Assembly (NCBI GenBank): GCA_044359815.1
Contig: JBIKLL010000006.1
Coordinates: 1 to 64,000, forward strand
Origin: Pseudobdellovibrionaceae bacterium
Lineage (GTDB): Bacteria; Bdellovibrionota; Bdellovibrionia; Bdellovibrionales; Bdellovibrionaceae
Length of the DNA: 64,000 nt
Direction of reading: 5' to 3'
Positions 51,323 to 61,716 of this stretch are shown here, one piece after another. Positions within the stretch are counted from its first letter, which is position 1. Every line of letters starts with the position of its first letter. The notes under the pieces were generated by a model that searched no databases, was not told where the DNA came from, and saw only the letters and a list, made by a program, of their open reading frames with translations. The translations under genes and the position numbers were made by a program.

Positions 51323-52047
51323 TGCTGACTCCTCCTGATGCTAACGACTTCGTACTGTGGATCAATCAGTTTATTTGAACTGACACCGTCATCATTAAAA
51401 TCCTCGGGCCTGATCACACCTGTGATGATGACGTTGTATTCTCGCTTACCAATCATAAATGGCTGACCACCTTTGATTCGGTAATTTCCGTCAGCCAGTT
51501 TTTCGATGATCTTGGTTGGAACTGCATCCAGCGACAATGGTTCTTCTTTGTCGTCCTTGGATGCCGGTGCTCTGGAAACATCGGCTTTTTTACCGTCTTC
51601 TTTGGCTTTGTCACCATCAGCACTGGCAGTTTTTAATGGGATTTGTTTTTGTTTGCTTTCGTCTTCTTCCAATTGCTTTAACAGTTTTTTAATCACACTG
51701 ACTTTTGTATCAACTTGCTTTTGAGCCATGCCTTCCAGTTTTACTTTTAAAATATCACCATCACGGCGGGTTTTGTTTTGGGTAAACAGATAGGCTCCTT
51801 GGCCCTCCATCACCCAAGTCGAACCAGCATGGGCATACAGCTCAGATTCTTCTTCCATCTTGGATCTGGTCATTTTGCGGTACTCGCGATTTGAGGGTAC
51901 CAAAACATTTTGTTGTTCAGAAAACTTGGTCATCCCCGCAGTCGGATCGATCGGCGCTGGTGGCTGGTCGGTTCCCCCGCCAAGCCATTTAGGCAAATAG
52001 GCACATCCGCTTAAAAACAAAAATATAATAACTAAAATATACTTCAT
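51319..52047 (-). CDS. flgH: Flagellar L-ring lipoprotein
   Basis: Lipobox LSGC, GDIL, GNYRIKG, GVIRPED. Confidence 0.85.
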   Translation of the reverse strand: MKYILVIIFLFLSGCAYLPKWLGGGTDQPPAPIDPTAGMTKFSEQQNVLVPSNREYRKMTRSKMEEESELYAHAGSTWVMEGQGAYLFTQNKTRRDGDILKVKLEGMAQKQVDTKVSVIKKLLKQLEEDESKQKQIPLKTASADGDKAKEDGKKADVSRAPASKDDKEEPLSLDAVPTKIIEKLADGNYRIKGGQPFMIGKREYNVIITGVIRPEDFNDDGVSSNKLIDPQYEVVSIRRSQQ

Positions 52048-52994
52048 TCTAATTTCACCGTTCCTTTTTCAGTTACCTGTCCAGTGACAGATTTTTTATT
52101 GGCATCATTGCGCACCTTCACGCGATCGCCGATGTTGCCATCCTGTTCGGCCGTACCTGTCGTGGTAATTTCGAAGGTCTCGGTGCCCACCAAGATTTTT
52201 ACAACCTGACCCCTGAACAAATCAGGGACTTTCCTGACATCGTTAAAATAAATTGTTTCACCAGCTTGGATGATTCGGTTTGCGACCTTGGTGTTTACAA
52301 ATTCTGGCGTTGGAACTCCGTCTTTGGCGTAGGTGGTGTTGACTTCTTTGATGTCAAAATCGTTTTCGCCAATCAGTTCGCCTGCTCGGATCAAACGTTT
52401 GGCGACCGGAGCTTTCTTGAAAACATTCACTTTTGAGTTCACCCAAAAATTCGATCTGCCCCTGGAGCTTTCAACAATCAAAGGCAAAACAAATGAATTG
52501 TTGTCTTTGATTTCTGATGTGTGCAGGCTTAATCGCAAAATTTCTTCGTCTTTGGGGATTGTTGGTAATTTCAGTTCTGTCAGTTTCACACGGCAAGGAT
52601 GGCAATGTGATTGCACAGCTGTGATGATTTGATGACCAAAATCAGCCGTGGATAAATAATTTTTCTGTGGTTTGATTTTTACCATTGTTGGGATTTTTAC
52701 CGAGATTTTTTTCAAGTCCGAAAACGAAAGTCTTTGTCTGATTGTTAACGCCAGTTCTTCGCTGGGGATCTCAAACGCTTTAGCATCCGTCGTCGCAGGA
52801 TAAATCACCAGATCATAAATTTTTGATCGAAAGTCAGGGTCATCAATGTTGATTTCGGCAACCTGCCCCAGCTTTATATCGTCACCCAGCCGAACTGTTG
52901 AGGCCTCTAACACATTAACAGTGTTTTCATTGGCAAACACAAATCTGACTGACAAACCTATTAGAACCCAAACAAACAGCGACAACAGTTTCAT
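52044..52994 (-). CDS. flgA: P-ring chaperone FlgA
   Basis: SAF-like region, RGQVV, AEQDGNIGDRVKVRN. Confidence 0.85.
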   Translation of the reverse strand: MKLLSLFVWVLIGLSVRFVFANENTVNVLEASTVRLGDDIKLGQVAEINIDDPDFRSKIYDLVIYPATTDAKAFEIPSEELALTIRQRLSFSDLKKISVKIPTMVKIKPQKNYLSTADFGHQIITAVQSHCHPCRVKLTELKLPTIPKDEEILRLSLHTSEIKDNNSFVLPLIVESSRGRSNFWVNSKVNVFKKAPVAKRLIRAGELIGENDFDIKEVNTTYAKDGVPTPEFVNTKVANRIIQAGETIYFNDVRKVPDLFRGQVVKILVGTETFEITTTGTAEQDGNIGDRVKVRNDANKKSVTGQVTEKGTVKLE

Positions 52995-52999
52995 CTTAG

Positions 53000-53785
53000 C
53001 TACCTCAAGTTGTTTATTGATTTCAGCATTTCATCGGCTGCTTGAATGGCCTTAGAGTTCATTTCGTAAAATCTTTGTGCCGTAATCATGTTAACCATTT
53101 CGTCAGCAATGTTTACGTTGCTGCCTTCTAGCTGACCCTGGGCCAAAAACCCTGTGCCACCCAAACCAGGTCGTGTCGTGATCGGCTGCCCACTGGCAGG
53201 AGTCAGAGTAAAAAGATTTTTACCCATAGCCTTCAATCCCGCGGGATTAACAAAATTAACTATGTCTAATTGACCAACCTGCTGCGGAGTTTGGTTTTCG
53301 CTGGTGATGATGCGCACTTCACCGGCTGATGAAATTTCGATTCCTGAAGAATTGGCAGGGATTGTGATTTCTGGCAAAAGCACATTGCCGTTTTTATCAA
53401 TGATTTTGCCCTGAGGGTCGCGCTTAAATGAACCATCACGAGTGTAAGCAATCTGTCCATCTGGAGTTTGAATCTGGAAAAACCCTGGTCCCTCGATCTG
53501 AATGTCCAAAGGATTTTTTGTCACCTGACTGGAGCCAAAGGTAAAATCTTTCTGCACCGATGCCGTTCGTACACCCAAACCGGTTTGCACACCGGTAGGC
53601 GAAACTGAATTCGCACCTGTGGCCTGACCGGGTTCTTTGATCGTTTGATACATTAAATCTTCAAACTCAGCCCGGGATTTTTTAAATCCAGCAGTCCCGA
53701 CGTTTGCGATGTTGTTCGAGATGACTTCCATATTGGTTTGTTGGGCTTGCATCCCGGTCGCCGAAGTATTTAGTGCTTTAAGCAT
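53000..53785 (-). CDS. flgG: Flagellar distal rod protein FlgG
   Basis: SNNIANV, FEDLMYQ, YTRDGSF, LEGSNV. Confidence 0.95.
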   Translation of the reverse strand: MLKALNTSATGMQAQQTNMEVISNNIANVGTAGFKKSRAEFEDLMYQTIKEPGQATGANSVSPTGVQTGLGVRTASVQKDFTFGSSQVTKNPLDIQIEGPGFFQIQTPDGQIAYTRDGSFKRDPQGKIIDKNGNVLLPEITIPANSSGIEISSAGEVRIITSENQTPQQVGQLDIVNFVNPAGLKAMGKNLFTLTPASGQPITTRPGLGGTGFLAQGQLEGSNVNIADEMVNMITAQRFYEMNSKAIQAADEMLKSINNLR

Positions 53786-53792
53786 TTAATCC

Positions 53793-54608
53793 TCACTTTA
53801 CACTGCCGATTACGTTAATAAGTTTGTCATTCATTGAATCATAGGCCTTGATTGCTTGTTGGGTGCTGTCGAACATCCTGGTCGTAGCAATCATATCCGT
53901 CATTTCTTGAACCACGTTGACGTTGCTGCCCTCTAAAAACCCCTGCTTGATCGACGGTGTCGCTACGTTAACAACCTCGGGTCTGAAATTAGGTTTAAAG
54001 GCATAATTTGAAGTTCCGATTTTGTGCAAAGATTCTTTGTTCACCACATCGATCACTGAAATTCTGGCGATCAAGGTTTGTCCGTCATAAATATCGCCGT
54101 TGTCTTGGATCTGGATATTTTGTTTGTTTGAAACCTGAATCACCCTTTCGTTAGGGGCCGTGCCCTCGGGTGCTGTTTTTAAAATCGGCATGCCTTGCGA
54201 ATTCACCAACAATCCATTGCTGTCGACTTTCAGCGAGCCATTGCGAGTTAATCGCAGCCCCTGGGGAGTGTCGATTTCAAAAAAACCTTTACCATCCAAA
54301 GCAATGTCCAGATTGTTACCTGTGGATTTAATACTGCCTTGTGAAAAATCAGTGTAAGTTCCAGCAGTGTCTACAAAACTTTTGTCACCGCCTTGCATGT
54401 CGTAAAAACTTTCAACTGATGCAGGAATTCTGGGGACCTTCATGACCTCGGGATCTTTTTCGTTCGAAGTTAAATATTCTTTGAAGACCTGTTGGTCTTT
54501 TTTGAATCCAGTGGTGTTTACGTTCGCCAAATTATTTGCGATTGTATCCAATCGCAGTGATTGGGCTTTAGCCCCGCTGAGTGCTGTGTATATGCCTTTA
54601 GTGCTCAA
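53793..54608 (-). CDS. flgF: Flagellar rod protein FlgF
   Basis: GIYTALSG, ANNLANVNTTGFK, LEGSNVN; TTG start 54608 with SD GGGGGA. Confidence 0.88.
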   Translation of the reverse strand: MSTKGIYTALSGAKAQSLRLDTIANNLANVNTTGFKKDQQVFKEYLTSNEKDPEVMKVPRIPASVESFYDMQGGDKSFVDTAGTYTDFSQGSIKSTGNNLDIALDGKGFFEIDTPQGLRLTRNGSLKVDSNGLLVNSQGMPILKTAPEGTAPNERVIQVSNKQNIQIQDNGDIYDGQTLIARISVIDVVNKESLHKIGTSNYAFKPNFRPEVVNVATPSIKQGFLEGSNVNVVQEMTDMIATTRMFDSTQQAIKAYDSMNDKLINVIGSVK

Positions 54609-54634
54609 GGTCCATCCCCCTACCGTCTGACAAA

Positions 54635-54650
54635 AGCAACTCTCGTGCCC
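54635..54650 (-). promoter_or_regulatory. Sigma-54 promoter of flgF operon
   Basis: GGGCACG-N4-TTGCT (-24/-12). Confidence 0.75.
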
Positions 54651-54828
54651 GCTGACCAACCAGTCAAAAGTCGCAGCGAAATTTTCGCATCGATAAAATA
54701 AAAGCACTAAATCATTGATACTGGTCCAAAGCCTCAGTCCAGTTGCAGAAAAAGCAGTCAAAGAAATCCTTAGGACCGTCAAAAACTTGATTCGACGGAA
54801 TCATCAATCTGAGCCATACTGATCGTGT

Positions 54829-55815
54829 ATGCAAAAATCACAGCTTGTATTTGCTATTGTGTTTTTCTTTAATATCCCAATCACTCAGATGGCCAGTCAT
54901 GCTTCGATCCCCGAATATTCAGCGAATCTGACTTTGAAAGAACGTCTGCAATTGCGAGTTAAAAAAAACCTGGCTGTGGACACCAGTGATTTTATTTTTG
55001 ATATCCCTGTAACCATGAATCAACGGGTCAGTTTTTGGATTAATAATTTTCAATCCCGAGGTAAAAATTGGTTTCAACAGTGGCTGCAAAAATCCACCAG
55101 ATACATGCCATTTATACAGAAGGAACTTAAGGCCGCAGGACTGCCACAGGATCTGGCCTATATGGTGATGATTGAAAGCGGATTTGAAGCCGCAGCCAAA
55201 AGTCACAAAGACGCCGTCGGCCCCTGGCAGTTTATTGAAGCCACCGGTAAGCGCTACGGATTGACGGTGAATCATTGGTTGGATGAGCGCAAAGACTTTC
55301 ACAAAAGCACTTTGGCAGCGATTCGATACATCAAAGATTTATACCGTGAATTTGGATCATGGTATTTGGTTGCTGCCAGCTACAACATGGGTGAAAACGG
55401 TCTGAGACGACAAATAAATAAATATATGAATCGTGATTTTTGGGCCCTGTCCAGAATCGGAGCTTTGCCTCAGGAAACTGTGGATTACGTTCCCAAGATT
55501 TTAGCTGCGATGTTGATTTCAAAATCACCGTCGCTGTATGGTTTTACTGACGTGGCAAAACTGGAACCCCTGAGCTACGATGTGGTTAGCGCCCCTGCAG
55601 GTACAAATCTGAAAGATCTTGCTGATTATTTAGGTGTGACTTACCCGTCGTTAACAAGCCTAAACACTGAACTGAATTATGCCAGCGTGCCTTTTGATGT
55701 GAAATCCCATTTAATCAAAGTCCCCAAAGGAGCTTTTGCTGTAGCGTCGAACTTTCTGAACAAAAACCTCAGACTCAGCATCGGCTCAATCACAAAAGAA
55801 AATGAAACACGATAA
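54829..55815 (+). CDS. Lytic transglycosylase (MltD-like SLT domain)
   Basis: MIESGF, AVGPWQFI, ASYNMGE, ETVDYVPK. Confidence 0.88.
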   Translation: MQKSQLVFAIVFFFNIPITQMASHASIPEYSANLTLKERLQLRVKKNLAVDTSDFIFDIPVTMNQRVSFWINNFQSRGKNWFQQWLQKSTRYMPFIQKELKAAGLPQDLAYMVMIESGFEAAAKSHKDAVGPWQFIEATGKRYGLTVNHWLDERKDFHKSTLAAIRYIKDLYREFGSWYLVAASYNMGENGLRRQINKYMNRDFWALSRIGALPQETVDYVPKILAAMLISKSPSLYGFTDVAKLEPLSYDVVSAPAGTNLKDLADYLGVTYPSLTSLNTELNYASVPFDVKSHLIKVPKGAFAVASNFLNKNLRLSIGSITKENETR

Positions 55816-56815
55816 TTTAATCGTTCAAAAATACGGTGGCGTCACCCTGTCCACGCCCGAAAAAATAAAACTGGTTGCAAAGCATTCTGTGCAGCAATTT
55901 AAATCAGGACAGCAACTGGTGATCGTCGTCAGCGCCATGGGCAATTCGACCAATGATTTAATGGCATTGGCAAAACAGGTTTCAAAAAATCCTGATCCCC
56001 GAGAGCTTGATATGTTGATTTCAACAGGCGAACGAGTTTCGATGGCGCTATTGTGTATGGCGATCATTGATCAAGGTGTGCCCGCAATCAGTTTTACCGG
56101 CAGTCAGGCTGGCATATTGACTGACCAATCCCATGTGGATGCCAATATCATCGAGGTTCAGCCATTGCGTGTGGTTGAGGCTTTGCAAAAAAATAAAATC
56201 GTAGTGATCGCGGGATTTCAGGGGATGAGCAAACAGACCAAGGAAATCACAACTCTGGGTCGTGGCGGTTCAGACACTACTGCGGTGGCGATGTGTTCTG
56301 CGCTGGGGGCCAGGAGCTGTCAGATACTAAAGGATTTTCCGGGCGTGTACACGGCTGATCCCAAGGTTGTTAAAGATGCTCAAGTGATTTCGGAATTAAC
56401 CTATGATCAGTTGATCGAGATGACAGGCAGCGGAGCTAAAATGGTGCATTCGCGTGCGGCCATCATGGCCAAAGAAAAGCAAATCAAGCTCGAAATCATC
56501 GCCGCAGCCTCTAGCGACAGGACCGCTGCCGCCGGGCGGGAAGGCGGAACATCGATTTCAAAATTTTCTGATCCAAAAAAATCCAGGCCATCGATTAATG
56601 TTTTGCAGATTGATCAAAGCAGCAGTCAGGTTACGGTGACATTGCCGGAACTGGCCTCTGATAAAAAGCTTACTGAAATTACAGCGTTTTTATCGCAGTC
56701 AAAAATCAATTTTAAATTTGATAAAACCTTTGGCCACTCAATGGCCTTTAGGGTTTCCAGCACTGACCTGGACCTCTGTTTACAATCACTGCACAAGTTT
56801 TTGATTAACACCTAG
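55802..56815 (+). CDS. lysC: Aspartate kinase
   Basis: VQKYGG, VVSAMG, TTLGRGGSDTTA, GVYTADP. Confidence 0.9.
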   Translation: MKHDNLIVQKYGGVTLSTPEKIKLVAKHSVQQFKSGQQLVIVVSAMGNSTNDLMALAKQVSKNPDPRELDMLISTGERVSMALLCMAIIDQGVPAISFTGSQAGILTDQSHVDANIIEVQPLRVVEALQKNKIVVIAGFQGMSKQTKEITTLGRGGSDTTAVAMCSALGARSCQILKDFPGVYTADPKVVKDAQVISELTYDQLIEMTGSGAKMVHSRAAIMAKEKQIKLEIIAAASSDRTAAAGREGGTSISKFSDPKKSRPSINVLQIDQSSSQVTVTLPELASDKKLTEITAFLSQSKINFKFDKTFGHSMAFRVSSTDLDLCLQSLHKFLINT

Positions 56816-57187
56816 CGATTTTTATAAAGCTTTAATAAAAATATGCTTCAGAATGTAATTGCAGGATTAAAATTTTAATCAGCAGTCTTTAGCGCCCCTT
56901 TTGCCTACTGGCATTCACCAGAAAAGCCCAATTTTGAATTAACTATTATGAATCAAAAAATTAATTCATTGGGATCTTTTGGCAAAACACGGCTATATTT
57001 GCCTGCTTAGCATCAGCAAAATTCTTCAAATTTCATCAATTGGCCTCAGCCCCATCATTGTCCGCAAAAGCACATTAATCACAATTTGTAACTTATGGTT
57101 TCCTATAGAGCTCATCCTTTTAACTTGTTTAAATATTTGTTACTTCCGATTGACATCTCATCAATATATTTATACCTTCGTTCACAT

Positions 57188-57763
57188 ATGAGCCGCTCCT
57201 CCCTGCAACAATCATTGTCCAAAGAAAGCTTTTCAACCTTGAATGCTGGCTATGGCGGAAGCCTGATGACCAAGCGAAAGGGTCGCAGCTATGCCAGACC
57301 CATCAGCACCAAACACACCATGCATTTAGTTTTGCGATCCAGTAAAGCCAGCGGCCCCTGGTCGTTCAGAAAATCACAGAATGAAAAAATGATTTATCAG
57401 TTGGCGCAAAAATTTGGGCACAGATTTGCCGTTAAAATTATTTCGCTGGCCAATGTGGGCAATCATCTGCATTTTCAATTGCAGGTAACCAAGCGCCATC
57501 TGTACAAACCATTTATTCGTGCGATGACGGCGGCCATTGCAATCAAAATCACTGGGGTCAGCCGATGGACCAATGCGGGCGCACCCAGGTTGAAATTTTG
57601 GGATTACCGCCCGTTCACGCGGATAGTGACATCGTTTAAATATTTTTTAAATTTAAAGGATTATTTTCAGATCAATCAATGGGAAGGCCTGGGCACCAAC
57701 CGCCAAATGGCAAGGGTGCTGATCAGCAAAGGCATTTTGCTAAAAGAATTTTCTTCGGGTTAA
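57188..57763 (+). mobile_element. HUH Y1 transposase-like protein (IS200/RAYT-like)
   Basis: HLVLR, VGNHLHF (HUH), FWDYRPFTR, DYFQIN (Y-xxx-N). Confidence 0.72.
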
Positions 57764-57820
57764 ACGACGGAAGTGTTTTGTTATTGGACTTTCAATTCAC
57801 CTGCAGCACCAAATCCAAAA

Positions 57821-59770
57821 TCACGGTTGCGCTTGCAGAGCGCGCAAAACTTCCTTGGCTTCATCACTGGGGCTTGCTTGCAATGCTTTGATCACTTCAG
57901 GGTGTGTGGGTTTCATATTAATCAACGCTAAGCTTGCTTGCCAACGATCTACATCGTCTTGATGCTTTAAGTGTGCAACCAATGCCAGACTGATTCTGAA
58001 GTCTTGATTTCTGATACTAGCCAACGCCCTGACAGCATAATAGCGAACATTATGGTCTTGATCCTTTAAGAGTTCAACCAATGCCAGACTGATCCTGATG
58101 TCTTGATTTCCAATTTCACCAAGCGCTCTGGCTGCGGCTTCGCGATCAGAGCTGTCTTCATCATTTAAAGCTTCAACCAAAGCCAGACTAATTCTGATAT
58201 CTTGATGTTTGATTTTACCAAGTGCTCCGGCTGCGTCCTTGCGAAAATAGCTGTTTTGATCTTTTAAGGCTTCCACTAAAGCTAGGCTGACCCTTATGTC
58301 TGAAGGTTTGATTTCACCAAGCGCATATTCTGCAAGATAACGAACGAAGATGTCTTGATCTTTTATCGTTTCGACCAAAGCCAGACTAATTCTGATATCT
58401 TGATGTTTGATTTTACCAAGTGCTCCGGCTGCGTCCTTGCGAAAATAGCTGTTTTGATCTTTTAAATATTTGGCAAGCTCCAGATTGACTGCAAGTATCT
58501 GAACTTTTAAGCAACCAATTGCGGCTATAGTCTCTACAGTCCATTTTTCTTTTGGCAATTGCGACAGCTCCAAATCTGCCTGAACATCCATGGAACAAAC
58601 GCGATCTTTCTGCTCCAAAGTTAAATTGTTTTTAAAAATGTCACCCAACTGTTCGATTGCGAATTCCTGATACTGAGCTTTATTCATCCAGCCCATCATC
58701 CTAGCAAAATCTGCGACCTTAAATTGGATGCTCATCAGGCCATCAATGGGTGTATCGATAAATTCTAAAGATTTTTGTTTAAAATTTTGATTATTTTGCA
58801 ATATTGAAATCTGTTGCTGGATATTGGGCTCCAATCCAAATGGAGTGTTGGATCTAAACACATCACGGATAAATAAATTAATATTAGGAACGATTGCTAA
58901 TGGATTGCTGCTGGTGCTGACAACTTGGTTGATCCACTGAAGCTTTTGGGCTGGGGTTCTGGTTTTTGATTGCAGCACACAAATCGGATTTTCTTTTTGC
59001 TGGATTTCCAAGGCTTGAGTGTAAACAGTGTTTCGTAAAGCTGATGCTAAATTTTGATTGAGCCCCGTTAGTTGTAAATGCTGCAGGTAATTGGGTACTG
59101 ATCTAAAGTAATTGTTTAAAAGCGGCTCGACATTTCTACCTGAAGGCGCGCTGCCATCAAATCCGTAAACTCGGGTCTGTGGATTATCAAACACCCTGCG
59201 CATGCGATCATGAAAGCTTGATCCAAAGGGCGACAACAAAAACGCGGCCGTTTGTTCGGCCTGGGATCTGGTCATGTCGTGTTCCATGTAAACTTGGACA
59301 AGCTCCTGCAATGATCGGCGTTCTTTGTTTTTTCCGGCCAAGGTGTTGCAGCCAAATAAAAACACTTCTTTGGGGTGTTTGAAAATACCTTTGTAATCTT
59401 CGTTACAGCTAGCGGCTTCCAGTTGCTCCAGCGATAAACGACCTTTATCACCAAAAAAGCTGCCACCAAAATGACCCGATATTAATAAAATATCACATTT
59501 AATATTTTTACCTTTAAGGTCTTCTAGCCAGTTTGACTTATCAGAAAATAATTCGACGTGATTGAAATTTGGCAAATGCTCGGCAAATGTTTGCTTTTCT
59601 TCTTCAGAGTTCAGCGTGATCGAACACACCGTAGGCTTGCTGGGATCAGAGGTCAGCGCCGGATTGCTTTGGGCGAATGCAGCCGGAGTGACGACAACCA
59701 CCAATAGCGCAAAAACCTGGTTTGCAACCGAAAAGCCAATAATGGGCAACCATGAAAAAGTCTTAGACAT
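57821..59770 (-). CDS. Secreted protein with C-terminal HEAT repeats
   Basis: Signal peptide ending AFA; ~6 33-aa units LKDQ..R..AA.ALG.I; SD AGGAG. Confidence 0.78.
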   Translation of the reverse strand: MSKTFSWLPIIGFSVANQVFALLVVVVTPAAFAQSNPALTSDPSKPTVCSITLNSEEEKQTFAEHLPNFNHVELFSDKSNWLEDLKGKNIKCDILLISGHFGGSFFGDKGRLSLEQLEAASCNEDYKGIFKHPKEVFLFGCNTLAGKNKERRSLQELVQVYMEHDMTRSQAEQTAAFLLSPFGSSFHDRMRRVFDNPQTRVYGFDGSAPSGRNVEPLLNNYFRSVPNYLQHLQLTGLNQNLASALRNTVYTQALEIQQKENPICVLQSKTRTPAQKLQWINQVVSTSSNPLAIVPNINLFIRDVFRSNTPFGLEPNIQQQISILQNNQNFKQKSLEFIDTPIDGLMSIQFKVADFARMMGWMNKAQYQEFAIEQLGDIFKNNLTLEQKDRVCSMDVQADLELSQLPKEKWTVETIAAIGCLKVQILAVNLELAKYLKDQNSYFRKDAAGALGKIKHQDIRISLALVETIKDQDIFVRYLAEYALGEIKPSDIRVSLALVEALKDQNSYFRKDAAGALGKIKHQDIRISLALVEALNDEDSSDREAAARALGEIGNQDIRISLALVELLKDQDHNVRYYAVRALASIRNQDFRISLALVAHLKHQDDVDRWQASLALINMKPTHPEVIKALQASPSDEAKEVLRALQAQP

Positions 59771-59917
59771 AAAGTCTCCTGCTAAAGCCAATAGGTTGGC
59801 TGTTCAGATCTGTATAATCAGATTTTGCAGCTATTATGCCACGCTGGGACAGTGGTTGATTGGATTGAATTTAAGCTTTTTATCGAACAAAATATTGCAA
59901 ACAGATCGGAGTTTTCA

Positions 59918-60229
59918 ATGAATCAAATTTTAAAAATATTTTTAGTCACTGTTACATCAGTTGCGGGATTAGTTTTTGTTGTTGGTTGCTCATCACACCC
60001 CGTGCTGCCACAAACAAAAGACATCAAAGTCAGTCGCGACAACCCATCAAAAAGCTGCCAGGATTTGGGACTTGTTGAAGGCCGTACTCTGACAAATTCT
60101 GGATCCACCGAGGAAGCTCTAGAGGACATGAAAAAAGACGCCGTTAAAAAAGGCGCAAACTACATCAAAATGGAAACCATGGGCGCCATGGGAACTTCAG
60201 TCCGAGGCACCGCTTATTTCTGTAATTGA
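59918..60229 (+). CDS. Small lipoprotein (DUF4156-like)
   Basis: VVGC lipobox, CQDLG.VEG, A..KGAN, GTAYFC. Confidence 0.65.
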   Translation: MNQILKIFLVTVTSVAGLVFVVGCSSHPVLPQTKDIKVSRDNPSKSCQDLGLVEGRTLTNSGSTEEALEDMKKDAVKKGANYIKMETMGAMGTSVRGTAYFCN

Positions 60230-60253
60230 TTTTTAAACTTTAAAAATTGTTAC

Positions 60254-61711
60254 CTAAGGCCCAAGCTTCAGCGTTGGGCTTAATGAAAAAAATCTGACAT
60301 TTACTTTGCGAAAATTATTGCTCATGGGATCGGTCAATCCGTCGGCACCCACAGCACCTGACAGATTTCTTTTGCTAGGGTCCATAGCTCCGCCTGGTAA
60401 AAACTGTTTCAGATTTGCCAGCTTGGTAAAATTCCCTGTACCGGCACCGCCTGCACGGCCTTCGCCAGAACCTGGTGATTTGCCACCGCCGCCTCCGCCG
60501 CCGCCACCACCGTAACCAAAACCTTTGTTGATTGCTGTATTAAATGAACCTGATCCACCGCCACCGCCGGCTCTGGCTCCACCCTGTCCCGCACTGGAAT
60601 CCAAGCCACCACCACCACGGCCGCCCTGTCCACGATTCAGTCCCGCACCACTGTCCCCAGTACCCGTGTTACTGGATTCCAAAGCGACTCCGAAATCCTG
60701 CACGTCACCGATTTCGGGTGAACCAACATTATTGCCCGCTCCATCCAAACCTTGGCCCGATGGATTGCTTAAACTGTTGTTAACAAGGTTATTAAATTTT
60801 CCGCCGCATCTGGGATCGCGGCTGTTTTTAGAACAAACGCAGACTAAATTATTTTGTGCTTGATTGGGATCACTGCAATCCGTTGGAGTGTTGCCTTTGC
60901 AAAGTGGATTTGATGGATCGCTTTTGCAGATTTCTGCCAATGGATCATTGGCAGTTAGTTTTTGACATTCCTGCGCGTTTTTCAAGGCACCCACTGTGTT
61001 CATGATATTGGCTGAGGTCGATGACAAATAACCCTGCAAAACACCACACTGACGCTGCACGGGTCGCAGTCTTTCCCGAGCTGCTTCCGTAAAGGCCACA
61101 TTGTCAGCGTAGCTGGCACGTTCTAAATATCTGATATTATCATGAGCATCACCGCAGGCACTGCTGCAGGATAAATAGCCGGCAGAACATTGACCGTTAA
61201 AAACACCTAAGGCCGCGTTGGCCATGGCTGCGATTTTTCCCATTGATGAACATGCAAAATTAATATCACCAGCGGCTTGTGCTCCCATTTGAATCACCAG
61301 GGCATTGGCCATTTGCCGCCAATCGATCAAGCCTTTGTCTTTGTTTTCGTTACAACCATCGCTGGCATCAACTGTTTCCTTTTCGCATTTTTCGATCTGA
61401 GTTTGAATGCTTTTTTGAAACTGAGCCAACTCGGGATTGGTAGCCGAAATCGGCAAAGGCTTGCCCCTTTGAACACTGTCAACTGCGTCTTTAAAACTAT
61501 CTTCAGATAGAGCATCAAAAGCGGTGGAGCTTTGCTGAGTCGAAGAATCTGAAGTTCTATTTATCACATTTCTGGGAGCTCCCTGTGTCTGACCTGAATC
61601 TGCCTGTGCCACCAAAACTGAACCGAAAAAAATCACCGACACCGATGACAGGCAAACCATAGCTTTTTTGAAACTTGTTTTCAGATTAAAATTCACCAGT
61701 CCCCCATGCAT
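60254..61711 (-). CDS. Secreted Cys-rich/Gly-rich hypothetical protein
   Basis: Signal-like segment ending AQA, many Cys, poly-Gly region; start may be GTG 61696. Confidence 0.72.
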   Translation of the reverse strand: MHGGLVNFNLKTSFKKAMVCLSSVSVIFFGSVLVAQADSGQTQGAPRNVINRTSDSSTQQSSTAFDALSEDSFKDAVDSVQRGKPLPISATNPELAQFQKSIQTQIEKCEKETVDASDGCNENKDKGLIDWRQMANALVIQMGAQAAGDINFACSSMGKIAAMANAALGVFNGQCSAGYLSCSSACGDAHDNIRYLERASYADNVAFTEAARERLRPVQRQCGVLQGYLSSTSANIMNTVGALKNAQECQKLTANDPLAEICKSDPSNPLCKGNTPTDCSDPNQAQNNLVCVCSKNSRDPRCGGKFNNLVNNSLSNPSGQGLDGAGNNVGSPEIGDVQDFGVALESSNTGTGDSGAGLNRGQGGRGGGGLDSSAGQGGARAGGGGGSGSFNTAINKGFGYGGGGGGGGGGKSPGSGEGRAGGAGTGNFTKLANLKQFLPGGAMDPSKRNLSGAVGADGLTDPMSNNFRKVNVRFFSLSPTLKLGP

Positions 61712-61716
61712 TAATC

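Noticed and set aside
54609..54782. 58-aa N-terminal extension of FlgF in the ORF track
   Set aside because: Overlaps the sigma-54 promoter; FlgF similarity begins at TTG 54608
56816..57820. Complete IS200/IS605 element or REP cluster around the transposase
   Set aside because: No tnpB, no clear end hairpins and no copy of the GAGACC repeat in the flanks
60306..60863. Pro-rich plus-strand ORFs
   Set aside because: Antisense shadows of the poly-Gly coding region
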